In this document: positions 44,956 to 48,438 of the stretch, in pieces
Layout of the letters: each line of letters starts with the position of its first letter
How positions within the stretch are numbered: position 1 is the stretch's first letter
Assembly: GCA_964443055.1 (NCBI GenBank)
Contig: CAYUBT010000001.1
Location: 1-48,438 of the forward strand
From: an uncultured Rubellimicrobium sp.
GTDB lineage: Bacteria; Pseudomonadota; Alphaproteobacteria; Rhodobacterales; Rhodobacteraceae
Length of the DNA: 48,438 bases
Direction of reading: 5' to 3'
Made by a program: the position numbers and the translations under genes
Notes under the pieces: model-generated
Told to the model about the DNA's origin: nothing
The model's input: only the letters and a program-made list of their open reading frames with translations
The model's database searches: none

Positions 44956-45572
44956 CGTGCTTCCTCCTCGTCCAGAAGTCCCTCCGCCACCAGCCGCGCA
45001 GCCCAGCCTTCGGGGCCGGTGAAGAGATGCGTCCGCCAGCCGCGCGCCCGGGCGGCTGCGATGTTGTCGGCATTGTCGTCGGTGAAGATCAGCCTGTCGC
45101 CCGAAAGTCCGGTCATCTCCTCGACCAGTTCGTAGATGCGCGGCGCGGGCTTCATCACCCGGTGCTCGCCCGACACCACAGCCCCGTCGAACTCGTTGAA
45201 GAACCTGTAATGCCCGCAGGCATGGGCAAAGCTCTCGCGCCCGAAATTCGTGAGCGCATGGACCGGAACGCCGCGCGCCCTGAGGGACCGCATGAGCCGC
45301 ACCGACTGGTCGATGGCGGGGCTTGCCATTTCGATCCAGCGGTCATGCCAGAGCCGGATTTCCGCCGCCCACCGCGGATGCGCTTCTGCCGTGGCGTAAA
45401 CCGTCTCGCGCCAGGGCGCGCCGTTGTCGATCCGTTCGTTCATGTCCTCGAGATTGACCTCGGCGAAAAGTTGCTCCCGGGCCGTCGGCCCGATCACGCG
45501 GTCATAAAATCCCTGCGGGTCCCAGTGGATCAGGACCCGGCCGATATCGAGGACCACCGCCTCCGGCGGCAT
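44952..45572 (-). CDS. HAD-superfamily hydrolase (subfamily IA-like)
   Basis: 206 aa. Motif I variant VVLDIGRVL, TNF motif II region (ALTNFG), and motif IV FTDDNADNI. Confidence 0.8.
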   Translation of the reverse strand: MPPEAVVLDIGRVLIHWDPQGFYDRVIGPTAREQLFAEVNLEDMNERIDNGAPWRETVYATAEAHPRWAAEIRLWHDRWIEMASPAIDQSVRLMRSLRARGVPVHALTNFGRESFAHACGHYRFFNEFDGAVVSGEHRVMKPAPRIYELVEEMTGLSGDRLIFTDDNADNIAAARARGWRTHLFTGPEGWAARLVAEGLLDEEEAR

Positions 45573-45594
45573 CAGCCCGCCCCTGCTGTTCGGT

Positions 45595-46425
45595 TCATGC
45601 CCAGAGCGCCTCGGCGTGGAATCCTACGTGATCCTCCATGAAGCTCGCGACGAAGAAATAGCTGTGGTCGTAGCCCGGCTGCAGTCGCAGGGTGACGGGC
45701 TGGCGGCGTTCGGCGACGGCATTGGCCATGGCGGCAGTGCCGAGCTTGTCGAAGAACTGGTCCTCGGTTCCGGTGTCGATCAGGACGGGTCCGTCGAAAT
45801 GGCGCGCGAACATCAGGACCGAGGCGTCATGTGCGTGCCAGGCGGTCTCGTCCGGCCCGAGATAGGCGGTGAACTGCTTGCGGCCCCAGTCGCTTTTCAT
45901 CGGGTTGCAGATCGGCGCGAACGCCGAGACGGAACGGTAGCGCCCCGACAGTGTGAGCGCGAGCGTCAACGCCCCATGCCCGCCCATCGAATGCCCGGTG
46001 ATCGCCTGCCGCTCGGAATCGATGGCGAAGTTGCGGGTCAGCAGTTCGGGCAGTTCCTCGGCCACATAATCCCACATGCGGAAATGCGGGGCCCAGGGGG
46101 CTTCGGTTGCATTGACGTAGAAGCCCGCACCCTGGCCCATGTCCCAGGAGTCGTCATCGGCCACGCCCTCGCCCCGGGGGGAGGTGTCGGGGAAGACGAC
46201 GGCGATCCCCTGTTCGGCAGCCCAGCGTTGCGCGCCCGACTTCACCATTGCATTCTCGTGGGTGCAGGTCAGGCCCGAGAGGAACCACAGCACCGGCACC
46301 GGCCCGTCCCGCGCCTCGGACGGCAGGAACAGGCCGAAGGTCATGTCGGTGCCCGTCGCCCTCGATGCATGGGAATAGACGCCCTGCACGCCGTCAAAAC
46401 ACCTGTTCTCGCTGATGGTGCGCAT
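45595..46425 (-). CDS. fghA: S-formylglutathione hydrolase (esterase D family)
   Basis: Start re-picked at ATG 46425 (MRTISENRCFDGVQGVYSH...). LSGLTCTHEN, GHSMGGHGAL (nucleophile elbow) and a C-terminal YDHSYFF are FghA/esterase D hallmarks. Confidence 0.9.
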   Translation of the reverse strand: MRTISENRCFDGVQGVYSHASRATGTDMTFGLFLPSEARDGPVPVLWFLSGLTCTHENAMVKSGAQRWAAEQGIAVVFPDTSPRGEGVADDDSWDMGQGAGFYVNATEAPWAPHFRMWDYVAEELPELLTRNFAIDSERQAITGHSMGGHGALTLALTLSGRYRSVSAFAPICNPMKSDWGRKQFTAYLGPDETAWHAHDASVLMFARHFDGPVLIDTGTEDQFFDKLGTAAMANAVAERRQPVTLRLQPGYDHSYFFVASFMEDHVGFHAEALWA

Positions 46426-46610
46426 TGCTTGCCCTTTCTGTGATCCGGGCCGGATCAATGCCATGCTGACCGCTCAGGGGCAACCGCAGGCCCGGGGACC
46501 AGCCGCGCCAAGGCAGTCAACCTCTCACACCGTGACGGGGCGCTGAAGGGCCACCAGCCATGAGCCGACAGTCCGACGCCCGGATCGGGCGCGACCGCGG
46601 ACGTGCCGCG

Positions 46611-46856
46611 TCAGGGTGTCTCGGGTGCGGGCGGCACCGAGCCTTCGTCGGCGGGCGGCGGGGCCGTGTCCTGACCGGACAGGTCACCGGCGTTTTCTTC
46701 GATATTCGCCTGGCCGGGCATCTCGGGATCGTCGGTCTCATCCGCCACCCACCAGAGGAAGCCTGCAAGCACCAGGATCACCAGCACGAGCATGCCGTAG
46801 ATCGGCGCCCGGTGCTGCCGCACCTGCCTTTCGGGATCGTTGTGTGGTGCTGACAT
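46611..46856 (-). CDS. small single-pass membrane protein with acidic/proline-rich tail, unknown function
   Basis: ATG 46856 follows a strong GGAGGTG Shine-Dalgarno. MSAPHNDPERQVRQHRAPIYGMLVLVILVLAGFLWWV, then a D/E/P-rich tail. No family recalled. Confidence 0.45.
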   Translation of the reverse strand: MSAPHNDPERQVRQHRAPIYGMLVLVILVLAGFLWWVADETDDPEMPGQANIEENAGDLSGQDTAPPPADEGSVPPAPETP

Positions 46857-46977
46857 GATGACACCTCCATTTGCTGCGTTCTGAGGTGACAAGTCCGCAG
46901 CATGCCGTTTGGTTCCCGGGAGTCATCGTTCTGAAAAGAAGGAGATGTGAGGGGCAGCAGGCTGGATGCAGCCCGCG

Positions 46978-47955
46978 CTAGCCTGCACCGATCAGTACGC
47001 CCGCTGCGAAGACCAGTGCACCACCGAGCACGACCTGGAAAGTTGCACGCAGGAAGGGGGTCTCCATGAACCGGTTCTGAATCCAGGCGATCGCCCAGAG
47101 TTCCACGAAGACGATGATCATGGCGATCACCGTCGCCGTCCAGAAGTCGGAGATGAGATAGGGCAGGGCATGGCCGAGCCCACCCAGCGTCGTCATCACC
47201 CCGCTTGCGATCCCGCGCTTGAGCGGGCTGCCGCGCCCCGAGATGACGCCGTCATCATGTGTGGCCTCGGTAAAGCCCATGGAGATGCCCGCGCCGACCG
47301 AGGCGGCCAGCCCCACGAGCAGCGTCGTTTGCGTGTCCTGCGTGGCGAAAGCCGTGGCAAAGATCGGCGCAAGTGTGCTGACCGATCCGTCCATGAGCCC
47401 CGCAAGCCCCGGCTGCACCCAGGTGAGGATGAACTGGCGATGCGCGCGGCGTTCCTCGTCCTGTCCGGCGTCGCTTTCCTCGACCTGTGCGGTCAGATGC
47501 TGCGCGCGGGCCTCATGAACCGCTTCGGCATGGGCGAGGTCGCCAAGAAGCTTGCGCGTGGCGGCATCCTGCGTTCTCCGGGCGGCCTTCGTGTAGAAGG
47601 CGCCTGCCTGCCGCTCCATCTCGCCCGCTTCCTCGCGCATCCGCTCGAGGCTGAGGTTGGCCGTCAGCCAGACAGGGCTGCGCGCATAGAACCCTGCGAC
47701 ATGTTCGCGACGGAGCAGCGGGATCACCTCGCCGAAGCGCGTCCGGTGCAACTCGATGAGCGCCTGACGGTGGCCATCTTCTTCCTCGGCCATCCCGTCG
47801 AAGATTTTCGCCGACTCGGGGTAATCCGCACGCAGCCTTTCGGCGAGCGTGCGGTAGATCCGGGCGTCGTCCTCTTCTGAGGAGATCGCGAGGGCGAGGA
47901 TTTCCTGTTCGGACAGGTCCGAGAAGTGGCGGCGCGAGGTGAGGGCCGAGAGCAT
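46978..47955 (-). CDS. mbfA: membrane-bound ferritin-like iron exporter (N-terminal erythrin/ferritin-like domain fused to VIT1/CCC1 domain)
   Basis: 325 aa. The N-terminal diiron-type helices carry ExxH motifs (EEEDGHRQ and HAEAVHEA). The C-terminal VIT1 block is GLMDGSVSTLAPIFA...GISMGFTEA...LVFAAGVLIG. Confidence 0.8.
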   Translation of the reverse strand: MLSALTSRRHFSDLSEQEILALAISSEEDDARIYRTLAERLRADYPESAKIFDGMAEEEDGHRQALIELHRTRFGEVIPLLRREHVAGFYARSPVWLTANLSLERMREEAGEMERQAGAFYTKAARRTQDAATRKLLGDLAHAEAVHEARAQHLTAQVEESDAGQDEERRAHRQFILTWVQPGLAGLMDGSVSTLAPIFATAFATQDTQTTLLVGLAASVGAGISMGFTEATHDDGVISGRGSPLKRGIASGVMTTLGGLGHALPYLISDFWTATVIAMIIVFVELWAIAWIQNRFMETPFLRATFQVVLGGALVFAAGVLIGAG

Positions 47956-48000
47956 AGGAGAGCCTCCTTGCTATGTTCCGTATCGCGCCTCCGTGGCCGG

Positions 48001-48438
<438 letters not shown>

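Overview
Visibly GC-rich (not computed) chromosomal segment. Its gene content and synteny fit an alphaproteobacterium, probably a Rhodobacterales-like organism. I support 50 protein-coding genes, two of them truncated by the window edges. They include the sdhB 3' end, deoD, an H-NS/HvrA-like gene, a TauE/TIGR02186/RecD-like helicase/SDR operon, and a BMP-type (nucleoside-like) ABC importer. They also include nfu-tsaB-rimI, USP-CPBP, a DUF481 porin-like protein, trpS, a rhomboid-like gene and murJ-glnD. Further along are the LpoA-like/rsmI-yraN-gshB cluster, comM, cobU plus a CobC-like phosphatase, a sugar ABC importer and a LIV-type ABC importer with a SelA-like PLP enzyme. The window ends with a formaldehyde-detoxification-flavoured cluster (class III ADH, mbfA, fghA, HAD, OCD-family, hydrolase). 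I found no tRNA, rRNA, CRISPR array, transposase, integrase, phage gene or recognisable toxin-antitoxin or defence module. This looks like core genome, not an accessory island. The most unusual structure is non-coding: six copies of an ~80-90 bp palindromic intergenic element, two of them in a ~185 bp long form. Secondary leads are the tightly coupled four-gene operon joining two membrane proteins to a helicase and an SDR, a rhomboid-fold protein that seems to lack the catalytic dyad, and an orphan SelA-like enzyme heading a LIV-type transporter operon. None of these is a confident novel system. All family assignments come from reading the translated ORFs and recalling motifs; no database search was possible. 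The ORF track writes GTG and TTG starts as M, and several start codons were re-picked by eye.
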